Made by a program: the position numbers and the translations under genes. The notes under the pieces were generated by a model that was given only the letters and a program-made list of their open reading frames with translations, made no database searches and was not told where the DNA came from. Shown here piece after piece: positions 26,999 through 39,700 of a stretch of 64,000 nucleotides of DNA; the first letter of the stretch is position 1, and every line of letters starts with the position of its first letter. The DNA lies in contig NC_058382.1 of the NCBI RefSeq assembly GCF_018350175.1, positions 54,128,001-54,192,000 on the forward strand. The letters are read 5' to 3'. This DNA is from Felis catus (taxonomy: Eukaryota).

Positions 26999-28791
26999 AA
27001 AAATGGGACTTGTGGGAAAATGAGATTAGAGGTCAATGAACTACAATTCTAAGTGAATGACAGGAGGAAGGGAATGAGAAGAAAGGGAAAGATGTCTTTT
27101 AGTGAGAAATTCAACAATATGAATTCTGGATATTTTTTTCTAGGAAGGGCATGAAGGAAAAAGAGGTTGAATAAAGGAGGGTGAAGAGAAGGAGAGAGGA
27201 AACAAACAGGGGAGGGAAGTAGGGAGGAAGAGGTTAGAGAAAGAGATGAGATAGAGGGAGAGAGGAGAGAAAAGGAAGGGAAAGAAAAAGGAAGGATGGA
27301 CTAAAGAAAGGAAAAGACACAAGAAAGAAATGTGGCAAAATGATCCCTATTGGGCATCTGGTAGAAGCCAGGCATTTACCCATATGATTTAAATCTCATA
27401 TCAACTCTGTAAGGTATATATTATCTTTCCTCTTTTATAAATGAGGAAATGAAAGCTCTGAGAATTTATTTTAGTCAAGGAAACACACCTAGGAACATCA
27501 ACCCTGGCTGCACGCAACTCCAAATTCTGGGCTCAAGGAAACCCTTTAATTCCAACAGGGAGAATTCCTTTATGGCAAGCAAATGCTTAGGTGACACTTG
27601 AGTCCTGGAAAGAATTACCCTAGAGGGTGCCCTTGTCCTAATAAGTAGAAAATAGTTGATCTTCTGAAACCCTAAGCCTATAATTCTGCAATTCTATGGC
27701 ATCGGGTCGTATTATGTGGAATACTTCTTGAGATCATGGACATCCTCTAATTTTGCCTTACTACTAAGGGGCATTTTCAAAGAATCCAGTGAAAGAATCT
27801 AACATTTCACTTTCTGGAGTGAAAAAAGTACTAGACGTTCTGTTTGACAAAGAATGCCTTATCTTATGAGAAAATGGGCACAAAGTATATTCCATGGTCC
27901 AGTTTATAGTATTTACCAACTTAGCATGAATGCCGAAGATAGACAGATGTGTGGGGTGCTAGAGAAAATTCCAAGAGAAAACTCAAAATTACCAAATTAC
28001 CCAAATTTCTTCAGGCTAAGCAGAAAGTACTAGCAAACCACCAGTGAGAAAGAGAGACCTTGGGGAAAAAAAAATCATCTCACTTTGACAAAATTCTGTG
28101 AAAAAGAGTGGACTTTGTATGTACCACAAATTTGGGCGTCACTTCAGAGTACTTGAAAAAAGGAATATACATTAATTCTCTCACTTAAGTTCAAAGTTAT
28201 TTAGCACTTACTCTAGGTTAAAAGGAGGGGTAAGGGGATGGGAGGGGGAGAAGGGAAAGGGATAATTCACCAAAAAAAAAGGGGGGGCATAAAAATTAAA
28301 CCAAGCTACCTCCAAGGAATAATTAGAAGTGAAAATCAATAAGGAGAAAATGGCTCATATTCTCCTCATTGATTTCCTATGCACAGTGAGTCAAACTTGA
28401 CTGTTGGTTAGAAGTCAGTTTGGCTACTTCTTATTACTTTTTCAGCAGTTGGGTACTCCTGTCAGTTCCTTTCATGCTGGAGTCTTGCTTGGCTCTAATC
28501 ACAGCTGTCAGCTATTGAACGAGTTTGACACCCTGACTCCAGAAGCGAGGGGATTCACACAGCATGCATATGCAGTGGGCTCCTTCATTAAAGCTGATTG
28601 ACATAACAGATATGGTGCATTGCCACTGATTTTTATAAGCAAAACAAATGGCTACACAATCAAGGAAGAGTCTCCTTGATCAGAAACACCCAGAGAGAGC
28701 AAGAATCAGTCTTTATACAGCTCAGCCAGTATTACTGGATATACCTACGCTTACTTAAAATGGTAGATATGGGCAGTGAGTCAAGAGCCAG

Positions 28792-28793
<2 letters not shown>

Positions 28794-28833
<40 letters not shown>
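28794..28833. repeat. (CA)n microsatellite
   Basis: Seen directly; others at about 7788, 25458, 41060, 45826 and 59764. Confidence 0.95.
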
Positions 28834-28835
<2 letters not shown>

Positions 28836-29754
28836 GACCCCTCCCCTACAATCTTAGCTGTCCATTCCAAATAATCTCGGTTGGAGTTACAGGGGTTGGT
28901 TAAAAGGGGGATCATTTAGCTAGTGTGAGCTGGATTTTGGAGAGGCATTAAGTTTCTTGGAGGCAGAAGAAGAGACTGACACTGACCAGAATCTCCTCCC
29001 CCACCACCAAGAAAAGGAAGCACGGCTAGAGCTTCTCAGAGTATTTCTGTCCATAATGTCACGAAATGACAGACTCTAAGTTGAAATGGACCAATTAACC
29101 CCAAAACCACCAACTTCAAAACTGGTTCAGAGCATCCCTGACGAGGGCCCATTCGGATTCTAGCTGACATTCTTAGCAGTAAGCATGCCATGTCTGGCTG
29201 GAGACCGCTTTCCGGAAACGGAAGCACAAACCGCATCAGCAGTACAGGGAGTCGTTAAAGCATGGTCCTGTGGGGGAGGAATTCCCATCCTATACCTTGT
29301 GTCTAGTGATCAGGGTCTGCCCTCTTCAAACCCCAGGACTTCCTGACGCCAGCCACCACACCGTTCTGCTGCCCGTCACAAAACAGTCAGTCTCTGCCTC
29401 CCCGGGCCGCAAAGACATCATCAATGCCCTTCCAAAGTGAGTGACTTCTGACCATCCCTAATTGATCTTTAACTGGTTCCTTCCATCAGGTCCTTCAATA
29501 CCTAGCCATATGCTCTTCTGTGGCAATTTGTGGAGCCTCCAGCACTACCACCTGCCATTTTTCAGCAACTCAGAACTTCTAGCAGATAGTGACCCAAAAA
29601 AGAAAGATCCTAAGGGATTCAGCAAATACACTGGTGAGTATAAACTCTTCAATTGAGAGAGGAGCAGATAAGGGGATGCTATCGCTTGATGAGAGTCTAA
29701 GATGTAGCTTACCCTACTGTTTGGGGGGTAAGGAGTAAGGAGTTATACATCAAC

Positions 29755-30041
29755 AATATTACATAGATATTATATATATAATATATATACACACAATGTA
29801 TATTATATATATAATATATAATATATATTATTATATTAATATATAATATTATAATATATATTATGTATATAGTATATATTATATATACCATATATAATAT
29901 ATATATTATATATACATAATATATACTATAAACATAATACATATTATATGCATAATATATATATTATATGCATAATATATATGCATAATATATATTATGC
30001 ATATAATATATATATTATGTATATATAATATATATATAATT
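29755..30041. repeat. Imperfect (TA)n AT-rich palindromic tract
   Basis: About 290 bp, almost pure A/T. Confidence 0.95.
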
Positions 30042-30657
30042 GTACAATTCGATGCTGCAACATGTTTTTCTTTCCGGAAAGAAACTATCGGTGGGGGACG
30101 GGGGAGGGGGGGAGCACACGTATACGCCTGCACAGGGCACCGAGAAAGCGAGGACACTGGGCCTCGCCAAGCAGCTGAGCCTATCACCAAATCTCTAAGG
30201 CGGCCCAAGCTCGGGAGTCAGACGGACCCATCCCCTGCTTATTTGCTCCGCAGCACGTATCACACTTGGAAAGTGTTGCTTCGCCGGTCGCATTTGGCCT
30301 GGCTCCCCCAGCTAGAATGCACTCGGGCCTAGAGCGCCCGGCACGTGGCAGGCGGTCAAGAAAACGCTCGTGAGTGAGGAAGTGGCTGTTACCTTAAGGC
30401 ATACCTCAAGGCGTGAGTGAATGAATGGACGAACGAATGACCAGGCCTGTGCCCGCCGAGCGTCCTCAGGCCCACGGCCCCGCGGGGCTGGGGGCACCCA
30501 AGTGGGCGCCCGGGGCCACCGGCCCCCAACCTCCGCCTACGGCGGCCGGGAGGCGTCAAGGCCACTTCAGGGCGGAAGAGCCGCCCCGGGCTGCCGACCG
30601 ACCCGCGGACACGCAGGCGCGTTGCACCCGCACTTCCGGGAGGTCACTTCCTCCCCC

Positions 30658-30670
30658 GTCGCCTAGCAAC
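30658..30670 (+). promoter_or_regulatory. RFX X-box motif GTCGCCTAGCAAC
   Basis: Fits GTNRCC-N(0-3)-RGYAAC exactly and ends about 60 bp upstream of the ATG. Confidence 0.75.
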
Positions 30671-30732
30671 GGCTGGAAGCGTTGCTGACTTCCCGGGCAG
30701 CGGTGACGCCGGACTGAGCCGCGTTTCGCACG

Positions 30733-30735
30733 ATG
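30733..30735 (+). CDS. DYNLRB2: DYNLRB2 coding exon 1 (start codon only)
   Basis: ACG ATG|GTAAAT inside the CpG island: A at -3, donor GT directly after ATG, phase 0 into GCG GAG of exon 2. Confidence 0.88.
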
Positions 30736-33700
30736 GTAAATCTGGAGCCTCCGTCTGCGACCCGGCGCTTCAGGGGAGCCGACGTCGGGGATGGGGGGGG
30801 ACTTTCGCTGCCCTGCCCCCGAGGCCGTCCCTCGCCAGCCGGTCCGGGGGCCGTGGCGAAGGCTGGGGGCTCTAGAAGATTCTTGGAGAGGCGACGGGGA
30901 GACCCTGAAGGAGGGAGAGGGCGACCTTGGAGGGGAGAAGAAGATGCTTAGATGGGGGAAGCTATCTTGAGGGATAGATATCAAGGGGGGTGGCTCTGGC
31001 GAGTGGAACTTGCGGGGTGTGGATGCCGAGAAGGAGAAGAGAGAGACTGGGGGGATGACAGATCTTGAGGGGGTGAGAGAGCTCCAGAGCGAGGGAAGTT
31101 TGCAAAGGAAAGAGGCGAGAGGGAGAGAAGTCAGATCCTGGGAAGGAAGAAAGGTGCCCCAGGGAGAGCAGGGGGGGTGAGGAGAAGGGAGAAGGAGGCG
31201 ATACTGAGAAAGAAGAAAAGAAAAGAAAGAGGAAAGGGAGGAGAGAGATAATAAATAAATCAGGAAACAGACAGAAAGCGGAGACTGGGGATAGCTTGAA
31301 GAGGAGCAAGGTGAGTTTTTTAAGAGAGGTGAAAGGGGAATGGAGATGGGGATTAAGAGATTGTATTGGAGGGGTGCAGAAATCACGGAAGAAACAACTG
31401 GAAGGAGAGAGGGAGAGGCTGACAGCAGAAAGAGCCGTTTGGGAAAGAAGTAAAAAAAAAAAAAGAAAAAGATAAAGGGGGGGTTAGTGGTTGTAGGGAG
31501 CTATGCACATTGTGTTAAAGACGGCCAAAATGTGATACTGGATCCCCTGTATCACTCTTGTGCTTTGGTGCAGTGTTTCCCAAAGTGAGACGCAAACAGT
31601 AGTTGCTATGTAAAATAGCTCAGAAATAACAAATCACACAGAGCGAATCACACCTGAGGAAGTTACTCCTCTTCCATTTTTTTCCCCCAGCCTGGAGACT
31701 GTATCCAAGAAAGCTCCTGGCACTGTTAGGTCCTGAGTACCACTGTCATTTGGTATTTTCCATGTTTCACCTGAATATCAGACCTCAGGCTCAGACCTGT
31801 CTTTGGGGTAGAATTTAATAATATGCACTCTCTTCATTTTATTGGTTCTTACGGTCATTTCTGTCTCGGACAAATAGTCAGCTTTCCATTTGCGGTAGTG
31901 ATGTGTAGTTGTAGTTTCCTTGTGAAAATCCATTTGTTTTTTAGTAGCTTTTAGTAGTGAGATAATTTAAAGAACATGCTGGGTATATAATATAGATGAT
32001 ATTCGTAATGGCCAAAAATGTGACTCCAGTACACAAACGCCTGAAATTCAGCAAGCACATGCCGTAGGTGTGGAAAAGAGGAAGTCAGTGTTCCTGCCCA
32101 CATCAAAGGCAAAAGAAAACTATCTTTAAAAAAAAAATGTTTATTTATTTTGAGAGAGTGTGTGAGCAGGGGAGGGGCAGAGAGAGAGGGAGAGAGAATC
32201 CCAAAGCAGGCTCCACACTGTCAGTGCCGAGCCTGAAATCACAAACTGTGAGACCATGACCTGAGCCGAGATCAAGAGTCAGACACTCAACCAGCTGGGC
32301 CACCCAGCCGTTCCGAAAGAAAACTGTCTTTTGACTAAAGTAGCATAATGTTTACCCATTTGAGGTTAGAAGGGAAAAAAACAAACCCTCATCAAGACAC
32401 CCTGCAGGATACTGCTTGAATTCGGACTATCCAGTGATTACTCAGGAGTCATATGCAGGTCTGAAAAAGATTATTTGTGATTTTAGCATTTGTAGAAGGG
32501 AATAAAACTGGTAACAAGATAGTCTGTGCGTAAGATTAATTCAGAAAGCTGAGTTTAAAACCCAGTGGGGCTCCAACATAATCATTCATGGGTGAACATT
32601 CAGCTTGCACTGAGACCCAGGCACGTTACCAAGAGAATCCTGGGATATGTTGTGTTTACAGAGTATCCTGAATTTAATCATCTGAACTCCCAAGTAGGTA
32701 ACATTTAGGAGTGGGAATAAGATTTCTCATTAAGGGATACTTTTTTTTCTACATTTATTTACTTTGAGAGAGCGCACAAGCAGAAGAGGGGCAGAGAGAG
32801 AGAGAGAGAGAATCCCAAGAAGGCTGTGCACTGTCAGCACGGAGGCCAACATGGGTCTTGATCTCACGAACCATAAGATCATGACCTGAGCAGAAATCAA
32901 GATCCAGATGCTTAACCAACTGAGCCACCCAGGCACCCCTAAGGGATACTTTCAGACAGAGGGAGATAATGACAATAGCTCTGTAACTATTTAAAGAAGT
33001 GTCATACAGAAAAGGATTTTTTCATACGAATACAGAAAGATCAATGAGTGAAACATGAATGGGAGCAGATTTCTGTCCAATATAGAGAATGCTTTTCCAG
33101 CAAATAGAGACATTAAAAATTGAGTGAGCTCTTGTGAGGTAGTAAGCTCTCCTTCTCTAGAAGAGTTCACACCAAGAGATGTGTCAGAGTTGTATGCGGG
33201 AGTCTTATGCAGGCTTGGAGACAGGACTTGGCAGTTTCAAAGGTCTCTTCCAAAGGTCTGAGATCATAGTATGCAGTACCTTAGGTTAAGGGGACGGGGG
33301 AGTAGGTGTCTTTCTAAACATTTACTTTAGGATTAGGGTTACCGCAAAGACCCCTTTGGTTAGTTGCCTTCTTGATCTCTTCAGGCGGAGGTGGAAGAAA
33401 CCCTAAAGAGGATCCAGAGCCATAAAGGGGTGATGGGAACTATGGTCGTGAATGCAGAAGGTAAATATATCACAGGATGCCTTCTAGATACACACAAGCC
33501 AAACAAGGACCTGTTGGCTGTGCCTTGCCTAAGACAGACACCTTAGAATTTGAAATGTAAAGTTTATCTTCTGTGTCGTAGCTATAACATGTACTCACCA
33601 AATATCTATTATTGAGTACCTCCTATATACCAAGCACTCTGCTAAGAGTTAAAGATATAAATATGAATAAAACATGTCTAAAAATATCTCTGTATTCCTA

Positions 33701-36700
33701 AGAAACACTATACATGTCTAATCTTTAAAGCTTTGGTAACTCCTCTAATATTTCAGGGATACCATTGAAAGTATATTGAAGATAGGGAGAATATCATTGT
33801 TGGCAGTTAGTTTTTATTTTAACATTATAAAGGGTGCAGAGTTTCAGTCTTCCTTTTAAGTGAAATTGTTCCTTTACCACACTTAATAAAATATTTGAGA
33901 ATAAATTTTAATACGACTTACAGTATAGTCTTTGTGGATATAGTATAAAAGGGCCAACGCATGTCCACCTAGGAGATCCGTAAACTTATACCAGAAACTT
34001 GCTCTCTCTCGTCCCACAATCCCTGCTAACAATCCACAAAGCCTTTTCTCCGGCACACTGCTATGTGCTCAGCTATGGTGGCAAACTCTGCTAGTTTCAT
34101 TGCTAATTCAGGCATTTGCAAAGGCAAGAAATACCACAAATCCCAGAGCATTAGTGGAAATTAGAGTAGCTACTTCACATAACTCACGGCGCAACCACAG
34201 AATTGGTGAATTGCCATGGCACACAGAGTGCTTTGCAACAGAATCTCACAGCTAATCATTATTTTTGGCACAAATCCATCAGCAAATATTTATTGAGCAA
34301 CTACATACTACCGCCTGTTTACATTCAGACTTCAATCCCTTAGCAGTTAAAGACAGAACACAACCTACTTCACTGAGGGTTTATGATAGTTGGATGAAAT
34401 GTTAATTGTTGGGTGCCTAGCACAGTACCCAACACTTAACAGAATTATAATTAAATAGTTCTCAGCATGCGGACATTTTTAATTGATTTGTACAGCGACA
34501 ACATTTGATGTGTAAATAGACCATTGGATGTGTTTTGCAAATAGTAAAATTAAATGAAAAATAACACCAAATGAATAAATTCACCCAGCTTGAGTGATCA
34601 GGAGGGAAGGGATTTAAGATCAGCCTTATAGGTAAGAAAGAGTTCTGCCCAGTATTTCCAGGAAGCGGTGCAGCGCGAGCACATTGTTCTGTCTGGAATG
34701 AGTCTCGTTCCTGGCATGCTCGTCAAGTCCACACACCCCCTACGACGGGCTACGTGTGGGGCTTCAGAAAGGTAATGCATTCATTTCCTTCAGCTGCCGC
34801 AAGAAGGTACCACACACTCGGTGGCTTAAAACATTAGAAAGTTATTCTCGGGTCTGCAGGCTGGGAGTTGGAATAAGGGTGTCAGTAAGGACAGCCTGTT
34901 CTCTGAAGGCTCTACAGGATCCTTCCTTGCTGCTCTCTTAGCTTCTGGTGGCTTCCGGAAGTCCTTGCATTCCTTGGCTTGTAGAGGCATCAGTCCAGTT
35001 TCTGCTTCCATCGTCCCATGGCGTTCTCCTCCCTGCGTCTGTTTTCTCTCCTTGTGAGGACCGCAGTCGTCGGATTCAGGCCCACCCTAATCTAGTGTGA
35101 CCTTATCTTAACTAATTACGTCTGCAAAGACATGCTATTTCACATGCTAAGGTTTAGGATAGACTTGAATTTGGGGGGAAAAGATACTTCTCAACCCAGG
35201 ACAACTCGTCTTACGAGTCACTTTGGAAGATCTTAGTCAAAAGTGTATAATCCTAGCCATACGCATCATATGTCTGAAGATGTCCATAGCCTGTGACGTG
35301 CAATTTCACTCCTAGGAATTTATCCTAAGGAGTGACGAAGAAAAAGATTTAGATGCAAAGGATACTCACTGAGGCATCATGTACAAAAGCAGTGAAGAAA
35401 CAGACAAATAAGTAAATAAATCTATCCCAGCGGTACGGAAAATTTTTCATTCATTATGTAATGTTTACTTGGTGAACCACTACTCTGTTGAAAATGTTGA
35501 AGAATATTTAGAGTCATGGGAAACAATATTAGATGAAAAGCACGGAACAAAGCAGTAGCCAACATTTTCTAATCATAAACATAGCCAGCCACACAAACAC
35601 ACTTACAGTAAATATGGAAGAAAGGACAGGGCTATGTTACGGGGATCATCTCTGAGCGCTGGAATTACAATTGACTTTGCTTTCACTTGCTTGAAGTCTC
35701 TCAATATTTTTCTTATCCAAAGGCGGCAAAATACGATTTTTAAAACCCATTACCTTCTTCTAATTAACCCTTACTAAGATAAGATTATGTTAGGATTCGG
35801 GGCACCCTTCCAAACACCAAATTAACCATTTTCCCACAAATATAAATGAGGGTCTTATTTTTGTGGTCAGATTATTAATAACCAGAGTGTACGACAGGCA
35901 TGTTTATTAATAGCACATGGTATAAGTTGTGTGAACAGAATTAATAAAATATTCCATTTCAGCAGCCTACTCAATTTTAGATGAAAGTGCCATGTATTAT
36001 GGTGCAGCCTGGCAGCTTTCAGAAGACCCAGGAACGTAAATGCTGAAAAAAATTTAACTAAGATGGCGTTCACGTGTTCTTGTACACCACTAGTGGGTTT
36101 AGTGTAATTCTCAGCAAATCATTTTAACATATCTCCAGGTTTTATTTGTGGCGAGGTGGGCCTTCTACCATGTTTCTACATTTAGATCTCATATGGCATG
36201 TTAAACAGAGTCCTTTGGTTTCACCGTGAGTGAAACCAAGGCGCCCTGTCCATGACAATAAAGCAGACTTCCCAATTTAGCCCACTGCTGAGCAGTAAAG
36301 GTTTTTATTAGACTAGATTCTTTGCTAACATCGGTTTCCCATTTATACAACCATTCACAGTTTACAATATTGCAGCACTGATTGTTGAATTAGATACTGG
36401 TGAATACATATTATTTCTCAGACGGTCATAACTGTCCCATATTCTTATGTATATAAGCCTGATTTCCAGAGGCTCTTAATTTTACATATTCTTGACATTT
36501 CTAACCATCAATCATTTGAATTTCATTAGACTTTATCAGCCATCCAGTCAGTTCCTTACATTTTTGAAATACAATCAACCAAAGTACAAATACACAGTGA
36601 AGAGTACCAGCTTACTGGGATCATAAAGAGTCATATTTTAAAGTAGTGCCATAAATTCGGCAATATCCAATTCATATTCTTTGTTCTAGAAGTTCCATCG

Positions 36701-39700
36701 TGGGGATTTATACCATACATACACACAAATGTGAAATGGCATGCACATGGACATATTCCGTCGCCTTGCTTATTAAAGTCAAAGCCTGGGAACAGCCTAA
36801 ATGCCTGCCAGGAGGATATACTTGTTACGTGTATCACAGGGCATCCATTCGACAGTCATGTGATGCAGTCATTAACACGCCTAGCCTTAGCCCTATGTGT
36901 ACTGAATAGAAGGAGTTTCCAAGTGTATTTCATGAAAAATATTTTTTTTTTACAGAATAGAGAACAAACAATACAAAGAATACAAACAAAAAGATACTTG
37001 AACACACTTAGAATATCTCTGCAAGGTTCCCAAAGAAACTGGGAGCAGTGGTCACCTCGCAGAAGGGGCCATGAGTGAATTTTATACCATGTGCTAAAAT
37101 TGCTCCTTAATAAATTATTTTTTAATTACCTTGCAGGGTACCAAGCAAGAGCTCAATAAATATTTGTCGATTGATTTTTTTCAAGTGGTCTGTAATGGAT
37201 ATGAAAACCTCCCAGAGCTTCCACAGTGTGCACTTATTATTCAGAAAGGCTAGCTGTTTTATTTATTGACTTGGATCATGAATAGACTAACTAAATAGGC
37301 CTGAGCATTGGATTCATAATCTTGTCATCTACATTTTAAATAATTTATTCTGGCTGTATTTCTGGTTTTGACACCGAGCGGTGCAGACTTTGGAGGTAGT
37401 CACTATTCAAAATAAAAACCAGTCCTCAGAAAGTGCCCTTAAAAGGTGAGTGCTTGCTACCTCTCAGCTCCCTGCCCGTTAAAGACACATGCCTTGTGAT
37501 GGCTCATCAGGTGTGAAAGACATAACTGACTTCGGGGGAAAGTGGCCAAGAAATAATAATACAGAAATTAACAAACTTGATATAAAACCTTGTTTATTGA
37601 ACAGATTTTCCTGTAAATATTGTCCTTGTATCGTTTGGCAAGACCTATTCCAGAGCGAACGGTTGTTTTATTTTATTTTTTTTTTTATTTTATTTTATTT
37701 ATTTTTGGGACAGAGAGAGACAGAGCATGAACGGGGGAGGGGCAGAGAGAGAGGGAGAGACAGAATCGGAAACAGGCTCCAGGCTCCGAGCCATCAGCCC
37801 AGAGCCTGACGCGGGGCTCGAACTCACGGACCGTGAGATCGTGACCTGGCTGAAGTCGGACGCTTAACCGACTGCGCCACCCAGGCGCCCCGCGAACGGT
37901 TGTTTTAAAAGAGACCGTTTCACGGTCAGAATGGAGGTCCTCAAAGAGTTTCATGAAAAGCTGGTAAAATCGTTAGTTTGTAAGAGCGTTCCACTCTTGA
38001 AATCCCCTCTTGTTTAACAGCTTCTGGAATTGCATTCTCTGAGGGACGACCCAGAGTTGTCTTAGCCTCTTCCACTGATCGGCCTTCATTCGGGTGCCTG
38101 TGGGATCTGACAGCCACCCCACATTCACCTTCACGTGTCCCCCTAAATTAAAGGCACGTGTGCAAATGGAATCCTTGCAATTCCCTGGCTGTCTGCTAGT
38201 TCTCACAATAATCTGAAAGCCCTCTCAGACGAGACACGATACGCGTAAAATACCCAGCACGGCACCTGTTAACAAGTAAGCGCTGAGCACCGAGTGACCA
38301 GAATTGAGCTGGATTGATTTGAACTGAATTGAATTATACTTGCATATTTGTCTGGCTAGATTTTCCCAGTTAAATTAATAGGTTCAGTTTTAAAATCGCA
38401 TAATGGAACAATAGAGCACACGAGCAGCTAAATTTAAGAATGCTTAAGCCAAGAGTGAGCGCAAACCAGGGAATGCCCAGCAAAACCACAGTGTCTTTGC
38501 TGCTGGATTCTCTAATATAAAATGTAAGGTTTGCAAAATACCGTATGAGGAGCCACAGCGTAATTTTTAAAATCCCCTTTGGATACACTCCTCAACGTGT
38601 GCTATGATATCCCCTTCTGTTGCTGGCCTCAGGGGAGGACATTAGCACCACGTCAGGGACCAAGCATTTCAAAGCAAAATGGCTATAGACCGACTGCTTG
38701 GAGGAGGGCATTAGATAGACTAATATGTGAACTCAGTTGTGAAATAATCAGTGCACAGCTTCCAAATAATGTGTGCACGAAACCCAAAAAACAATACCTA
38801 CCAGTCTAACAATAGGGGATTGGTCAAATGACGGTATTTTATAAAATAGTGCACAGCCGTTAAAAATAATTTGAGGACCGTGTCACTGACAAGAACAGCT
38901 CGGGTATGCTATCACTTAAATGAAGAAAAAAGCAGTAGTCCAATTTGTCATGATGGTTTGTCACAACTACATTTTAAGACCCACGTACACACAAAAAGAC
39001 CGGGAGGAAAGAAACTAAAATTGTTACCAGTGAGTGATGTCGGCCATAACTTTTTCTTCCTCTTTAAAATCATCAGTATTTTCCGGTATATCCACAGGGT
39101 GCACCTTCCTTTGACAGTTAAAACTTTTAACCCAAAAGTGACTCTTGTAACAGGCATTCCTATCCGAACAACCTTGGACAACTCGACGACGGTTCAGTAC
39201 GCGGGTCTTCTTCATCAGCTGACAATGAAAGCCAAGAGCACGGTCCGTGACATTGATCCTCAGAATGACCTCACCTTTCTCAGGATCAGGTCAAAGAAAC
39301 ATGAAATCATGGTAGCCCCAGGTAATGTGGCGTTTCACTTCATATTTAAAGCATCTTTCTCCTTTACTGGATAAAAGCTCTGTTTCAAGGAACTGGACAT
39401 ACAGATTTTAACCTGCAATATGGCGCGTAGTGTTCTCCAATTACAAAATGAAAGACGTTGGAAGGTGAAAAACTCAAGCTGGCAATTTTGTGAAATTAGC
39501 GACAGATTTAACCTTTGAAGAATCTGAATTTTTCCCATTTGCATTTATTACCAGTAATCAAAATAGGGGTAATGTAGGGAGTGGATCAAAGCCCTGTAGG
39601 GTCTTAAACCCTCCCCGCGAGAGAACACGTTCACCAGGCCTGCCTCAAGACGGCAGCCATAGAAACACTCCTCTCCTTGAAGGAATTACATTCACAGTGT

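Larger units (their letters stand above)
30100..30900 (+). promoter_or_regulatory. CpG-island promoter of DYNLRB2
   Basis: Sharp rise in GC and CpG density around exon 1; no obvious TATA box; ETS-type ACTTCCGG at 30632-30639. Confidence 0.9.

Noticed and set aside
30733..30951. 72-aa ORF from the DYNLRB2 ATG
   Set aside because: Read-through into intron 1; it would arise only from intron retention.
30556..31386. 276-aa minus-strand Ser/Pro/Leu-rich ORF over the promoter
   Set aside because: Low-complexity translation of a GA-rich tract plus CpG island; no recognisable domain.
34210..34223. Intronic X-box-like palindrome TTGCCATGGCAC
   Set aside because: Both outer ends deviate from the GTT...AAC consensus.
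38871..39374. 167-aa ORF as a full gene
   Set aside because: Only 39154-39321 is exon 3; the upstream part is intron with L1-like remnant and a TTG start.
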